Shown: positions 29,457-38,659 of the stretch, in pieces | How positions within the stretch are numbered: the stretch's first letter is position 1 | Layout: each line of letters starts with the position of its first letter | Origin: Thermomicrobiales bacterium | Lineage (GTDB): Bacteria; Chloroflexota; Chloroflexia; Thermomicrobiales; UBA6265 | Assembly: GCA_019637585.1 (NCBI GenBank) | Contig: JAHBVL010000003.1 | Coordinates: forward strand, 27,827-91,826 | DNA: 64,000 nt | Direction of reading: 5' to 3' | Notes under the pieces: model-generated | Databases searched by the model: none | What the model was told of the DNA's origin: nothing | Seen by the model: only the letters and a program-made list of their open reading frames with translations | Translations under genes and position numbers: made by a program

Positions 29457-30962
29457 TCACACAGGTCGCTCTGGCCAGCGGCCGTACCAGTCGAACGGCT
29501 GCGAGCTCAGGTTCACCACGACATTCTTGGTTTGCAGATAGAGGTCGAGTCCATGCCGGCTGAGCTCGCGGCCAATACCACTCTGCTTGTAGCCGCCGAA
29601 CGGCGCTTCCGGTGGATTGACCGTCGGATAGTTGATGCTGACATTGCCCGCCTGGAGACGCCGGGCCAGCGTGTGGGCCCGCTTGATGTCGTTGGTCCAG
29701 ACTGTCGCGGCCAGCCCGTAGATGGTCGAGTTGGCCATTGTCACCAGCTCATCTTCACGCGAGAACGGAATCACTGCCAGGACCGGACCGAACACTTCCT
29801 GCTGTGCCAGCGTCATCCCGGCATCGACCTGCCCGAACACGGTCGGTTCGACGAAATTTCCCGCCGCCAGATTGCCCAGGTCGACCTTTCGGCCGCCAGT
29901 CAACAGCTCGGCGCCTTCGTCACTCGCCACACCGCAGTAGTGCAACACCCGGTCGCGCTGCTGGGGTGAGATAACCGGCCCCATCTGCGTTTCATGCTCG
30001 AGTGGATCGCCCACCCGAATACCTTTCGCGCGAGCGACGAACGTTTCCAGGAACTGATCGTAGATCTCCCGATGTAGAAAGAGTCGCGTCCGGGCGGTGC
30101 ATCGCTGACCGGCATTGGTGAAAATGGCGAACAGCGAACCATTGATGGCTTCGTCGATGCCGGCATCGGGAAAAACAATGTTTGGACTCTTGCCACCCAG
30201 CTCGAGCGACACCTTCTTGATCGTCTGAGCGGCTTTGGCCATGATCTGCCGGCCGGTTTCTGTTTCGCCGGTGAAAGCGATCTTGTCGACGCCCGGATGT
30301 CCGACCAGCGCGTCGCCGATCACCCCACCCGGCCCGGTGATGACATTCACCACGCCGTCAGGAATGCCCGCTTCACGACAAAGTTGCCCCAGCAGGATGG
30401 CGGTCAGCGGCGTCACACTGGCCGGTTTGAGGATCACCGTGTTGCCGGCAGCCAGCGCCGGTGCGACCTTCCACGCCGCCATCAGCAGCGGAAAGTTCCA
30501 CGGAATGATCTGCCCGCAGACACCGTAGGGCTCACGCAGGGTGTAGTCGAGGAGCGGTCCATTCATCGGAATCTGCTCGCCCCAGAGCTGGGTCGCCAGA
30601 TTGCCGTAGTACTCGAAGCAATTAGCCGATGCGATGACGTCTGCCCGCGACTCGACGATGATCTTGCCGCAGTTCAGCGTTTCCAGCCGGGCGATCTCCT
30701 CGACTCGCCCCCGCAACAGATCGGCCACCCGATTCAACGCCCGCGACCGCTCGAGCGGCGTGAATCGAGACCACGGGCCACTGTCGAACGCTTGTCTGGC
30801 GGCACTGACCGCCCGCTCCACGTCTTCGGCGCTTCCTTTTGGCACCGCGCCAATCACATCGTTGGTCGTCGGACTGACGGTTTCGAACGCATCACCGTTC
30901 GCGGCCTGAACGTCTTCGCCGCCGATGATCATGTCCCAGGTGGCAATCGCAGTTGCGGTCAT
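29457..30962 (-). CDS. NAD(P)-dependent aldehyde dehydrogenase
   Basis: ALDH motifs (FTGETETGRQI, ELGGKSP, catalytic Cys in GQRCTA); start at MTATAIATW (ATG 30962) with AAAGGAAG RBS; the 31130 extension runs over the tRNA. Confidence 0.85.
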   Translation of the reverse strand: MTATAIATWDMIIGGEDVQAANGDAFETVSPTTNDVIGAVPKGSAEDVERAVSAARQAFDSGPWSRFTPLERSRALNRVADLLRGRVEEIARLETLNCGKIIVESRADVIASANCFEYYGNLATQLWGEQIPMNGPLLDYTLREPYGVCGQIIPWNFPLLMAAWKVAPALAAGNTVILKPASVTPLTAILLGQLCREAGIPDGVVNVITGPGGVIGDALVGHPGVDKIAFTGETETGRQIMAKAAQTIKKVSLELGGKSPNIVFPDAGIDEAINGSLFAIFTNAGQRCTARTRLFLHREIYDQFLETFVARAKGIRVGDPLEHETQMGPVISPQQRDRVLHYCGVASDEGAELLTGGRKVDLGNLAAGNFVEPTVFGQVDAGMTLAQQEVFGPVLAVIPFSREDELVTMANSTIYGLAATVWTNDIKRAHTLARRLQAGNVSINYPTVNPPEAPFGGYKQSGIGRELSRHGLDLYLQTKNVVVNLSSQPFDWYGRWPERPV

Positions 30963-31098
30963 GATGCTTCCTTTTGCTCGCTCAGAAGTCGCTCGTCGTG
31001 AGGATACCAGTCTCGTGAGCAGGGATACCGGCCACTGCCCGCTGTCGACCAATCGTCTACACTTTTCACGCTGCGGCTCCAACAGCCGCATCTCCCCT

Positions 31099-31181
31099 GC
31101 CGGGGTGGCGAAATGGCAGACGCATCGCACTCAAAATGCGACGGGGCAACCCGTGAGGGTTCGAATCCCTCTCCCGGCACC
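31099..31181 (+). tRNA. tRNA-Leu (anticodon CAA), type II with long variable arm
   Basis: Hand-folded: acceptor GCCGGGG/UCCCGGC, D-arm, anticodon stem tcgca/tgcga with loop cuCAAaa, long variable arm, T-arm gaggg-ttcgaat-ccctc, discriminator A; CCA not fully encoded. Confidence 0.85.
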
Positions 31182-31321
31182 TGCAATCGGCACGTTTCCC
31201 TCTCCCTGCGGGAACTCTCAGCTTCAGCTTTACGTTCTCTGTAAGACAGGACCGCTATGCCAGCGGCAATGTCCCCATGTACCATGGGAACATGTGCAAT
31301 GAAGAGGAGGAGTGATTCCCT

Positions 31322-32680
31322 ATGACGTTGATTCTCACGATCGTCGCTATCGCGGTGGTCGCGCTGGTGCTTGCTGCATTCATTTTTTCGATTGCATTTC
31401 GCCGCGTCGTGCCGACAAACATGGTCCATATCGTGCAATCGCGCAAAGCGACCACCTCCTATGGCACTGGCATGACCAACGGCAACGTTTACTATGCCTG
31501 GCCGTCATTCATTCCGGTCTTCGGTGTGACCGTCATCGAACTTCCGGTCTCCAACTTCGATCTCTCCCTGCACGATTACGACGCCTACGACATCGACCGG
31601 GTCCCCTTCCGGGTCGACGTCGTCGCCTTTTTCCGCATTTCGGATACGAACGTCGCCGCTCAGCGCGTTTCGACGATCCAGGAGCTGAATGGCCAGCTTC
31701 TCCAGATCGTGCAAGGCGCTGTCCGTAAGGTGCTGGCGTCGGCCAAGATCGACAACATCATGCTGGAGCGCGCCACCTTCGGTCAGCAGTTCACGGCGGA
31801 GGTCCAGGAACAGCTCGAGCAATGGGGTGTCTATCCCGTCAAGTCGATGGAGCTGATGGACATCCGCGACGGTCAGGGCAGCCAGTCGATCTCCAACATC
31901 ATGGCCAAGAAGATCTCCCACATCGAGATGGAGAGCCGGACCGAAGTCGCGATCAACAACCGCTCCGCCGAAACCGCGGAGATCGAAGCAGGACAGGCCG
32001 TCGAAATTCGTCGCCAGGAAGCCGCGCAGGCAGTCGGCGAACGAACCGCTCTGAAGGATCAGGCAGTCGGCATCGCCAACGAGCAATCCCGGCAGGAAGT
32101 CCTCACCCAGTCCAAAGTCACGGCCGAACGGGAAATGGCCGTGTCGCAGGTCGAACAGGTCCGCAAAGCGGAGATCGCGCGCGAGCAGGCGCTGGTCTCC
32201 GCTGACCAGCAGCGGCAGACTACGATCATCATTGCTGAAGGGGAACTGGAAGCCACCCGCCGCACCGCTCAGGGAATCGAGGTCGAGGGCGCCGCGAAAG
32301 CCGAAGCAGAGAAAGCGATGCAGCTGGCCCCGGTCGAAGCGCAGATTCGCCTCGCCGAACAGATCGGCCAGAACCCGGCGTTCCAGCAGTATCTGGCCAC
32401 GATCCAGAGTCTCGAGTCGTACATCGTCGTTGGCAGCAAACAGGCCGAAGCACTGCAAAAGGCCGATGTGAAGGTCATCGCCAACTCAGGAAACCCGGCT
32501 GGCGGGGTGTCCGACGTGATGGATCTCTTCTCCAGCAACGGCGGCACCAATCTGGCCGCGATGGTGGAAGCGATGGCCCAGACGCCAATGGGTCAAGCGG
32601 TCTTCGAACGTCTCGGCATCCAGATGACCCCAACCACCGCCGCGCCGCCCAGCGCGCCGGCGGAGGAGAGTCCGGAATAG
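31322..32680 (+). CDS. SPFH/flotillin-like (band 7) membrane protein
   Basis: N-terminal TM helix, SPFH domain, long Ala/Glu/Gln coiled-coil and C-terminal tail; GAGGAGGAG RBS. Confidence 0.8.
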   Translation: MTLILTIVAIAVVALVLAAFIFSIAFRRVVPTNMVHIVQSRKATTSYGTGMTNGNVYYAWPSFIPVFGVTVIELPVSNFDLSLHDYDAYDIDRVPFRVDVVAFFRISDTNVAAQRVSTIQELNGQLLQIVQGAVRKVLASAKIDNIMLERATFGQQFTAEVQEQLEQWGVYPVKSMELMDIRDGQGSQSISNIMAKKISHIEMESRTEVAINNRSAETAEIEAGQAVEIRRQEAAQAVGERTALKDQAVGIANEQSRQEVLTQSKVTAEREMAVSQVEQVRKAEIAREQALVSADQQRQTTIIIAEGELEATRRTAQGIEVEGAAKAEAEKAMQLAPVEAQIRLAEQIGQNPAFQQYLATIQSLESYIVVGSKQAEALQKADVKVIANSGNPAGGVSDVMDLFSSNGGTNLAAMVEAMAQTPMGQAVFERLGIQMTPTTAAPPSAPAEESPE

Positions 32681-32856
32681 CTCAGGCCTCAGACGCCGGA
32701 CGCTGCTGATGCGAGGGGCTGGCACAGGGACCAGCCCGTACGGGCACCCCACTGTGGGTGCCCTTCTCATCCCCAGCGATGGCAGTCGGAGGCTTGACCG
32801 GATTGCTCATCGGGCGACAGATATGACCTTTGACAGCGATCTTATCGCCATGTAGC

Positions 32857-33010
32857 TGCAGACCCCCGTGTCTGCGATTGTATGGGAGACGCTGCCATCG
32901 CTCGCCACGATCCTCATTCGCAACAACCGCGACCCGGCATTGGCAAGCGAAGAGAAGTCGCCGCCAACGTATTCATTGTTTCCCTGAGAAAGCAGACACG
33001 GGCGTCTGCG
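32857..33010. repeat. Element bounded by 18-bp hairpin-forming inverted ends (gcagacccccgtgtctgc ... gcagacacgggcgtctgc) with a roughly 115-bp unique centre
   Basis: Direct reading; a second element with identical ends is at 62945-63089. Confidence 0.8.
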
Positions 33011-33063
33011 CCTACAGACCAACACTGAGGGGGTGCTGCCTTATTGAATAGTCCGGGCTGGGC

Positions 33064-33798
33064 TCAATCCAGTCCGAACCGGTGCGCCAGAACCGCGAAT
33101 GTCTCCCGCACGACGTACCGGAATTCGGTCCCGGAGCCCTGCACAATCGGGCTGTCGTCTGCGTCGTTGGTCTGAACGGTGAGTCCGTTCTCTTCGGCCA
33201 GCACCTGCGCCCGGTAGAGATGAAAACCATCGCTCACGAGCAGCACGTCATCGATGCCTCGGTCCTTGAGCATCACCGAGACCCGCTGCACGCTCTCTTC
33301 CGTGTTGGAGCTGATGTGCTCCATCAGAATCGATTCCGGAGGAATACCCCGATCGATCAGGTAGTTCTGCCCCGATTCACCTTCGGTGTAGACATCGCCG
33401 GGGAGACGTCCACCGGTCACCACGATCAAATCGGACACGCCAGCCTGATAGAGCTCGTACGCGGTGTCGAGCCGCGCCTGAAACACCCGCGACGGGACGC
33501 CGTTGAACTGGGCGGCGCCCAACACCACAATCGCCCCGGCCGGTCCCATATCGTCCGATCGCGCGGCCAGATAGATGCGGAACATCGTGCCAAAAAACGC
33601 CAGAACGGCGACCAGCAGCAACCCGACCGTGATGCGAGAGATCCACCAGGACAAGCCGCGCCGTTTCCGCTTCGGCCCTGCCGAGTGCGCGTCGATGTCT
33701 TCCTGAGTGAGGGGGCGATTCGCCGGAGATTGCACGTGATACCTCTGCAGCCGGAGCGACAAACGGCCGCGTCCTCGTTCACGCGCACCAGCCGACAA
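33064..33798 (-). CDS. YdcF/ElyC (DUF218) family membrane-anchored protein
   Basis: TM anchor then DUF218-like core (LIVVTGG...GESGQNYLIDRG...NTEESV). Confidence 0.65.
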   Translation of the reverse strand: MSAGARERGRGRLSLRLQRYHVQSPANRPLTQEDIDAHSAGPKRKRRGLSWWISRITVGLLLVAVLAFFGTMFRIYLAARSDDMGPAGAIVVLGAAQFNGVPSRVFQARLDTAYELYQAGVSDLIVVTGGRLPGDVYTEGESGQNYLIDRGIPPESILMEHISSNTEESVQRVSVMLKDRGIDDVLLVSDGFHLYRAQVLAEENGLTVQTNDADDSPIVQGSGTEFRYVVRETFAVLAHRFGLD

Positions 33799-33803
33799 GC
33801 ATA

Positions 33804-34958
33804 TCAGCGAGAGGGCTCGTCGCTTGCCTCGCGATCGGATGGTTCACCGGCTTCCGCAGCGGGCATCCGGCCAAGCTTGCCATTCTTCACCAGGACACCC
33901 AGCACATCCATGACCACTCTCGCGCCGAGCATCGAGGTGGTGTCCGCCACGTCGTAGGGCGGCGCCACTTCGACGACCTCCATCCCCGCCAGTCCTTCCC
34001 GGGTCACAAGCTCCAGGAGCCGGAGTGCCTCTCGTGGCAACAACCCGCCCGGTTCCGGTGTTCCCGTACCTGGCGCGAACGCCGGATCGAGGACGTCGAT
34101 GTCGAACGACAGAAAGACCGCTTTGGCATCCTTCCAGGCCAGTTCCAGCGCGATCTCGGCGATCCTGTCCAACCCCCATCGATCGATATCGCCGACGGTG
34201 ATCGAGGTCGCTCCCCGCTCCCGCACATTTTTGACGCCCTGGCGATTCATATTCCAGCCACCGATACCGATCTGCACCAGGTTCGATGGCGGCGCGTTGG
34301 GGATGTTGGTCGCATGAAAGAACGGGGTGCCGTGCATCCGCTCGTCCAGCGTCATCTCACCCATGTCGGGGTGTCTGTCGAAGTGAATGATCCCGATGTT
34401 GCCATCGACGTAGGGAGCCAGACCCCGGATGTCGGGATAGCCGATCGAGTGATCCCCACCGAAGATGACCGGGAAGACCTCCCGTTCGTGCAGAAAAGCG
34501 ACAGCTTTGTCGATCTGATCGAAGCTCTTCTCGATATTGGCCGGAATGATCGAGATGTCACCCGCATCGACCATGCGCAGCGACTCGTAGAGATCGACGC
34601 CCAACTCGAAGCTGTATCCCAGCGAGAGGGAGGTCACCGCCCGGATACCGCTCGGACCGAACCGCGTGCCCGATCGGTAGGTCGTGCCGGCGTCGAGCGG
34701 TGCACCGACAAAGACCACGTCCTGCCCGTCCAGAGCGCGCATATCCTGTTGAACCGGCACCCCGAGAAACGTCTGTGAGCTGGAGAACTTGCCGGCAACG
34801 CCGTTGCGGTTGAAGAGCGGGATGGTGCGGTCGGTGATCGACCAGGCCGACTCCAGCCCCCACTCCAGCGCCTGGCGGCGCCGTTCCTCCCGCTCCTTGG
34901 TCGGAACACGCGCTTCGGCATGTCCCATGCGAACGCCGCTCAGCGAGTCCCGGTTCAT
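33804..34958 (-). CDS. Agmatinase/ureohydrolase family enzyme
   Basis: Arginase-fold metal-binding motifs (GGDHSIGYP, IHFDRHPD, SFDIDVLDPAFAPGTGTPEPGG); about 60-aa N-terminal extension, start uncertain. Confidence 0.8.
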   Translation of the reverse strand: MNRDSLSGVRMGHAEARVPTKEREERRRQALEWGLESAWSITDRTIPLFNRNGVAGKFSSSQTFLGVPVQQDMRALDGQDVVFVGAPLDAGTTYRSGTRFGPSGIRAVTSLSLGYSFELGVDLYESLRMVDAGDISIIPANIEKSFDQIDKAVAFLHEREVFPVIFGGDHSIGYPDIRGLAPYVDGNIGIIHFDRHPDMGEMTLDERMHGTPFFHATNIPNAPPSNLVQIGIGGWNMNRQGVKNVRERGATSITVGDIDRWGLDRIAEIALELAWKDAKAVFLSFDIDVLDPAFAPGTGTPEPGGLLPREALRLLELVTREGLAGMEVVEVAPPYDVADTTSMLGARVVMDVLGVLVKNGKLGRMPAAEAGEPSDREASDEPSR

Positions 34959-34964
34959 GGTTCC

Positions 34965-36920
34965 CTATCCTTTCGCGACGGACCGAGCCGCGACCACTTC
35001 ATCCACGGCCTTGGGATTCTCCAGGGCAGTGGTGTCGCCGGCTGGCAACCCCAGATAGGCCGCCCGGATCACCCGTCGCATCACTTTGGCATTCCGCGTT
35101 TTCGGCAGGTCGTTCACCAGGTGAACCTGCTTGGGACGGAGCGCCGAACCGAGCTCCTTGCCGATGCTCCGCCGGATTTCTTCATTCAGCGAATCGGTCC
35201 GTTCGACGCCCTGCCGCAGCACAGCGAACACCACGATGTTTTCGCCCTTGACCTCGTCCGGCACACCGATCGCCGCCGCTTCCTGCACCGCCGGGTGCAC
35301 AACGGCCGCCGATTCCACCTCGGCGGGCCCGACCCGCTTGCCGGCCACTTTCAACGTGTCGTCCGAACGGCCACGGATGTACCAGCAACCATCTTCGTCG
35401 ACTTCGGCCCAGTCGCCATGCACCCAGATGCCCGGAAAACGCGACCAGTAGGTCTCCTCGTACCGCTCCCGATCGTTCCAAAACCCTTGCGTGATCCCCA
35501 CCCAGGGCTGGCGGATCACCAGCTCGCCCACCGACCCACGGACCGGGTTGCCGTTTTCATCGAGCACATCCGCATCCATACCGGGAACAGGTCCGCTGAA
35601 ACCACACGGTTTGAGCGACGATGTCGGCAGCGCGGTGACAATGCCGCCACTCGTTTCCGTTCCACCCGAATAGTTGATCAGCGGACATCGTCCACCGCCA
35701 ACGACATCGACGAACCACTGCCAGGGACCCGGATTCCACGGTTCGCCCGACGAACCGAGTACCCGGACCCGCTCCAGATTGCTCTCGTTCACCCACTGAT
35801 CGCCCTGGGTCATGAGCACCCGCACCGCGGTCGGCGCGACACCGAGCAGCGTGGCGCCGCTCCATTCGGCGATCTGCCACAACCGGCCGGGATTCGGGTA
35901 GTCCGGCGTACCATCGAACAGGACGATCGACGCCCCAAGCAGCAACCCTCCGCAAACCAGCCATGGCCCCATCATCCAGCCGAGATCGGTGACCCAGAAG
36001 ACGGTATCGTCGGGCCCCACGTCGAAACAGAGCGCCATGTCGTGCGCCGCTTTGACGGGAAACCCGGACTGGACGTGAAGCGCCCCTTTGGGCCGCCCTG
36101 TCGTACCAGAGGTGTAGATGATCATATACGGGTCGTTGGCCGCGGTGTCGACTGGTTCCGCGATCGCTTCCGACGACGCCAGCAGGTCGTGCAGCCAGTG
36201 ATCCCGGCCCTCGTTCCACGCAACCGCGTTGCTGGCCCGCTGGACCACGAGACAGTGCTCGACGGTGGGGGACCGCTCGATCGCGGCGTCGGCCACCGAC
36301 TTGAGATCGATCAGACCACCTCGCCGGTAAAACCCATCGTGCGTCACGAGCACTTTCGCCCCGGCGTCCTGCAACCGCGACGCCACCGCTTCCGGACCAA
36401 ATCCGGAAAACATCGGCACGAAAATAGCGCCGAGCGCGCCAAGCGCCAGCACTACCGCCACCGTTTCCGGGGTCATCGACATCAGGATGCCGACCCGGTC
36501 CCCATGTCCGACGCCGAGCGTTCTGAGCGCTCCGGCAACGCGATAGGTCTCCTGCTGAAGCTCGCTGAAGGTTACTTCCCGGCGCGTGCCGTCATCCGAC
36601 TCGGCATAGACAGCCACCCGGTCGCCATGCCCAGCCTCGATCCAGCGATCGAGCGCGGCCCGCACGTAGTTGAAATGCCCGCCAACGAACCACTCCGGCC
36701 AGGCGGGTCCCGCCGAGAGATCGACCGGCTGGCGGTATGGCGTTGTGAATTCCAGACCGAGAAACTGGACCACCGCGTCCCAGTAGCGCCCGATATCCTC
36801 GACCGCCCACGCTTGCAGCGCCTCCACCGAATCGAGTCCCTGCGATCTGGCGAATGCCAGCACCCGGCTTTGATCGACCGCTGCCGGATCGGGTGACCAT
36901 GTGAACCTGCTCGTTGTCAT
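34965..36920 (-). CDS. Acetoacetyl-CoA synthetase-like AMP-forming acyl-CoA ligase
   Basis: YTSGTTGRPKG AMP-binding motif, 650-aa size and N-terminal region typical of AACS; start chosen at MTTSRFTWSPD. Confidence 0.7.
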   Translation of the reverse strand: MTTSRFTWSPDPAAVDQSRVLAFARSQGLDSVEALQAWAVEDIGRYWDAVVQFLGLEFTTPYRQPVDLSAGPAWPEWFVGGHFNYVRAALDRWIEAGHGDRVAVYAESDDGTRREVTFSELQQETYRVAGALRTLGVGHGDRVGILMSMTPETVAVVLALGALGAIFVPMFSGFGPEAVASRLQDAGAKVLVTHDGFYRRGGLIDLKSVADAAIERSPTVEHCLVVQRASNAVAWNEGRDHWLHDLLASSEAIAEPVDTAANDPYMIIYTSGTTGRPKGALHVQSGFPVKAAHDMALCFDVGPDDTVFWVTDLGWMMGPWLVCGGLLLGASIVLFDGTPDYPNPGRLWQIAEWSGATLLGVAPTAVRVLMTQGDQWVNESNLERVRVLGSSGEPWNPGPWQWFVDVVGGGRCPLINYSGGTETSGGIVTALPTSSLKPCGFSGPVPGMDADVLDENGNPVRGSVGELVIRQPWVGITQGFWNDRERYEETYWSRFPGIWVHGDWAEVDEDGCWYIRGRSDDTLKVAGKRVGPAEVESAAVVHPAVQEAAAIGVPDEVKGENIVVFAVLRQGVERTDSLNEEIRRSIGKELGSALRPKQVHLVNDLPKTRNAKVMRRVIRAAYLGLPAGDTTALENPKAVDEVVAARSVAKG

Positions 36921-36985
36921 ACTGCTAAAACGCTCCACCAGGTCGTGCTGGTCCGGTATGCTGATATCCACGATCTACCGGCGCA

Positions 36986-37903
36986 ATGGTGACGCCGGTC
37001 CGGAAAGGGGTCAAGCCCTCGGAAGGTGCGCTCGCGATGTCCAAGTGGCGGTTCTGGTCGAAAGAAGGGCAAATCGAAGAACGAGAACCGAACCGGGAAC
37101 CGTCGCCGGCGGTGGCCACGAAGGCGCGCGGTTTCACACCGCCACCCCCTCGCACGGCAACCGGTCTGGCTGCCGAGTTCGATATGAGCGATCCCGACAT
37201 CGCCCGCAGGGTCACCCGGTTGCAGCGCCTCGAACACCAGGTGGAGGAAGCCGAGCTGGCCGCGCAACGCGACAACCCATGGAACGAGCGAGCCGCGCTC
37301 ATCGATCAGGCGATCAAGGAACTCGACGCCCAACTGCGCGTTCCAGTGGAACGAATCGACCGGAATCCTCCTCCCCTTCCCGACTTTCCGCTGACCATCG
37401 TCGAGCTGGTGCCCGAGTCGCCGTCGCGCGTCGTGATTGCCGCCAACGAGCACCGGTTTCCATTTGCCGAGGAGATCGACTGGGCCGAGCGGGGCACGAC
37501 CGTCGTGAAAGGCGATCTCCTCCTGGAAAGCGATGAGCTTGCCGCGCTTGCCCGTGAGCTGAAACTTGATCTCGACGTCACCGAACAACTCCAGGACGCC
37601 CTCTTCGCGCTGGCCACAGAGGTTCGCGACGCCGCGCTCGACGGCCGGGCACTCCCCGGTATCGTGAGCTTCGACCAGCTCCTCGCGACCTGCCCGGTAT
37701 GCGGCGATATCCAGCTCTGGAATGGCGTCTGCCTCAGCTGTGTCGATCGCAAAGCTCGGCTGGCTCGTTTCGAAACCGAACGTCAGCGGCTCTTCACCGA
37801 GCGGGACGCGATCCTCACCGAACGGGCGAACAAGGTCGAGCAACTGCCAGTGCTGCGAAAACGGTATGCGGAAGCGGTCGCCTCCCTGCGGGAACGAGCC
37901 TGA
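36986..37903 (+). CDS. Hypothetical protein with C-terminal CxxC...CxxC zinc ribbon
   Basis: ORF with CPVCGDIQLWNGVCLSCVD near the C-terminus and a coiled-coil-like Arg/Glu-rich tail; alternative start 37037 (MSKWRF). Confidence 0.5.
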   Translation: MVTPVRKGVKPSEGALAMSKWRFWSKEGQIEEREPNREPSPAVATKARGFTPPPPRTATGLAAEFDMSDPDIARRVTRLQRLEHQVEEAELAAQRDNPWNERAALIDQAIKELDAQLRVPVERIDRNPPPLPDFPLTIVELVPESPSRVVIAANEHRFPFAEEIDWAERGTTVVKGDLLLESDELAALARELKLDLDVTEQLQDALFALATEVRDAALDGRALPGIVSFDQLLATCPVCGDIQLWNGVCLSCVDRKARLARFETERQRLFTERDAILTERANKVEQLPVLRKRYAEAVASLRERA

Positions 37904-38281
37904 TCAGGCGGGTTTCAGCTCGTCGGGCAGCAGGGCGATACCGGCATCAGTCATCCGCCCCTCGGCGAGCAGATATCGCACGCGCTCCCGGTTGATGGCC
38001 GACCAGTTGCTTCCCGGTTTCCGAGGCACAAACCTGATCGCATAACGCCGTTCGTCGATCCCCTTGGTCTTGACATCGATCCAGCCGTGGCAGATCGCCA
38101 GATCGAGCAGCTCGTCGAAGGTCACCGTCTGCTGTTTGGAGCTCTTCTTGAAAATCTCCACCCAGATCTCGGACGCGGCCGTTCCGTGCTCGATCAGCCA
38201 GGCTTCGAACTCGGCGGCGCTGGCAATTGGTGTGGTTTGCAGTGGTTCCATCACGATCACCTCCCGCCCGTTCACCGTCAT
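37904..38281 (-). CDS. YdeI/OmpD-associated (DUF1801-like) family protein
   Basis: C-terminal core AICHGWIDVKTKGIDERRYAIRFVPRKPGSNWSAINRERV; the N-terminus of the ORF track (to 38401) is repeat-encoded, so the start is placed at 38281 (alt 38251). Confidence 0.5.
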   Translation of the reverse strand: MTVNGREVIVMEPLQTTPIASAAEFEAWLIEHGTAASEIWVEIFKKSSKQQTVTFDELLDLAICHGWIDVKTKGIDERRYAIRFVPRKPGSNWSAINRERVRYLLAEGRMTDAGIALLPDELKPA

Positions 38282-38655
38282 TCCGAGCGAAGCCGAGGAA
38301 TCTCTCGTTCGCTGCCCGTATCGTCGCGTTTGATGAGCCTCGCTGAACGGAACGAGAGATCTCTCCGCTTCGGTCGAGATGACCCGTTCGCTCGACTCCA
38401 CACTGTCATTCCGAGCGAAGCCGAGGAATCTCTCGCTCGCTACCCGTATCGTCGCGTTTGATGAGCCTCGCTGAACGGAACGAGAGATCTCTCCGCTTCG
38501 GTCGAGATGACCCGTTCGCCCGACTCCACACTGTCATTCCGAGCGAAGCCGAGGAATCTCTCGTTCACCACTCGTATCGTCGCATTTGAAGAGCCTCGCT
38601 GAACGGAACGAGAGATCTCTCCGCTTCGGTCGAGATGACAGGTGCGGTCGAGATG
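38277..38655. repeat. Three head-to-tail copies of a 128-bp palindromic unit (gtcattccgagcgaagccgaggaatctctcgttc ... gaacgagagatctctccgcttcggtcgagatgac)
   Basis: Direct reading; unit starts at 38277, 38405 and 38533; copies are more than 90% identical. Confidence 0.9.
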
Positions 38656-38659
38656 ACAC

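Noticed and set aside
34920-36896. 658-aa plus-strand ORF
   Set aside because: It is entirely antisense to the acetoacetyl-CoA synthetase gene, which has clear AMP-binding motifs. Long antisense ORFs are expected at this GC content, and the sequence is Arg/Pro-rich low complexity.
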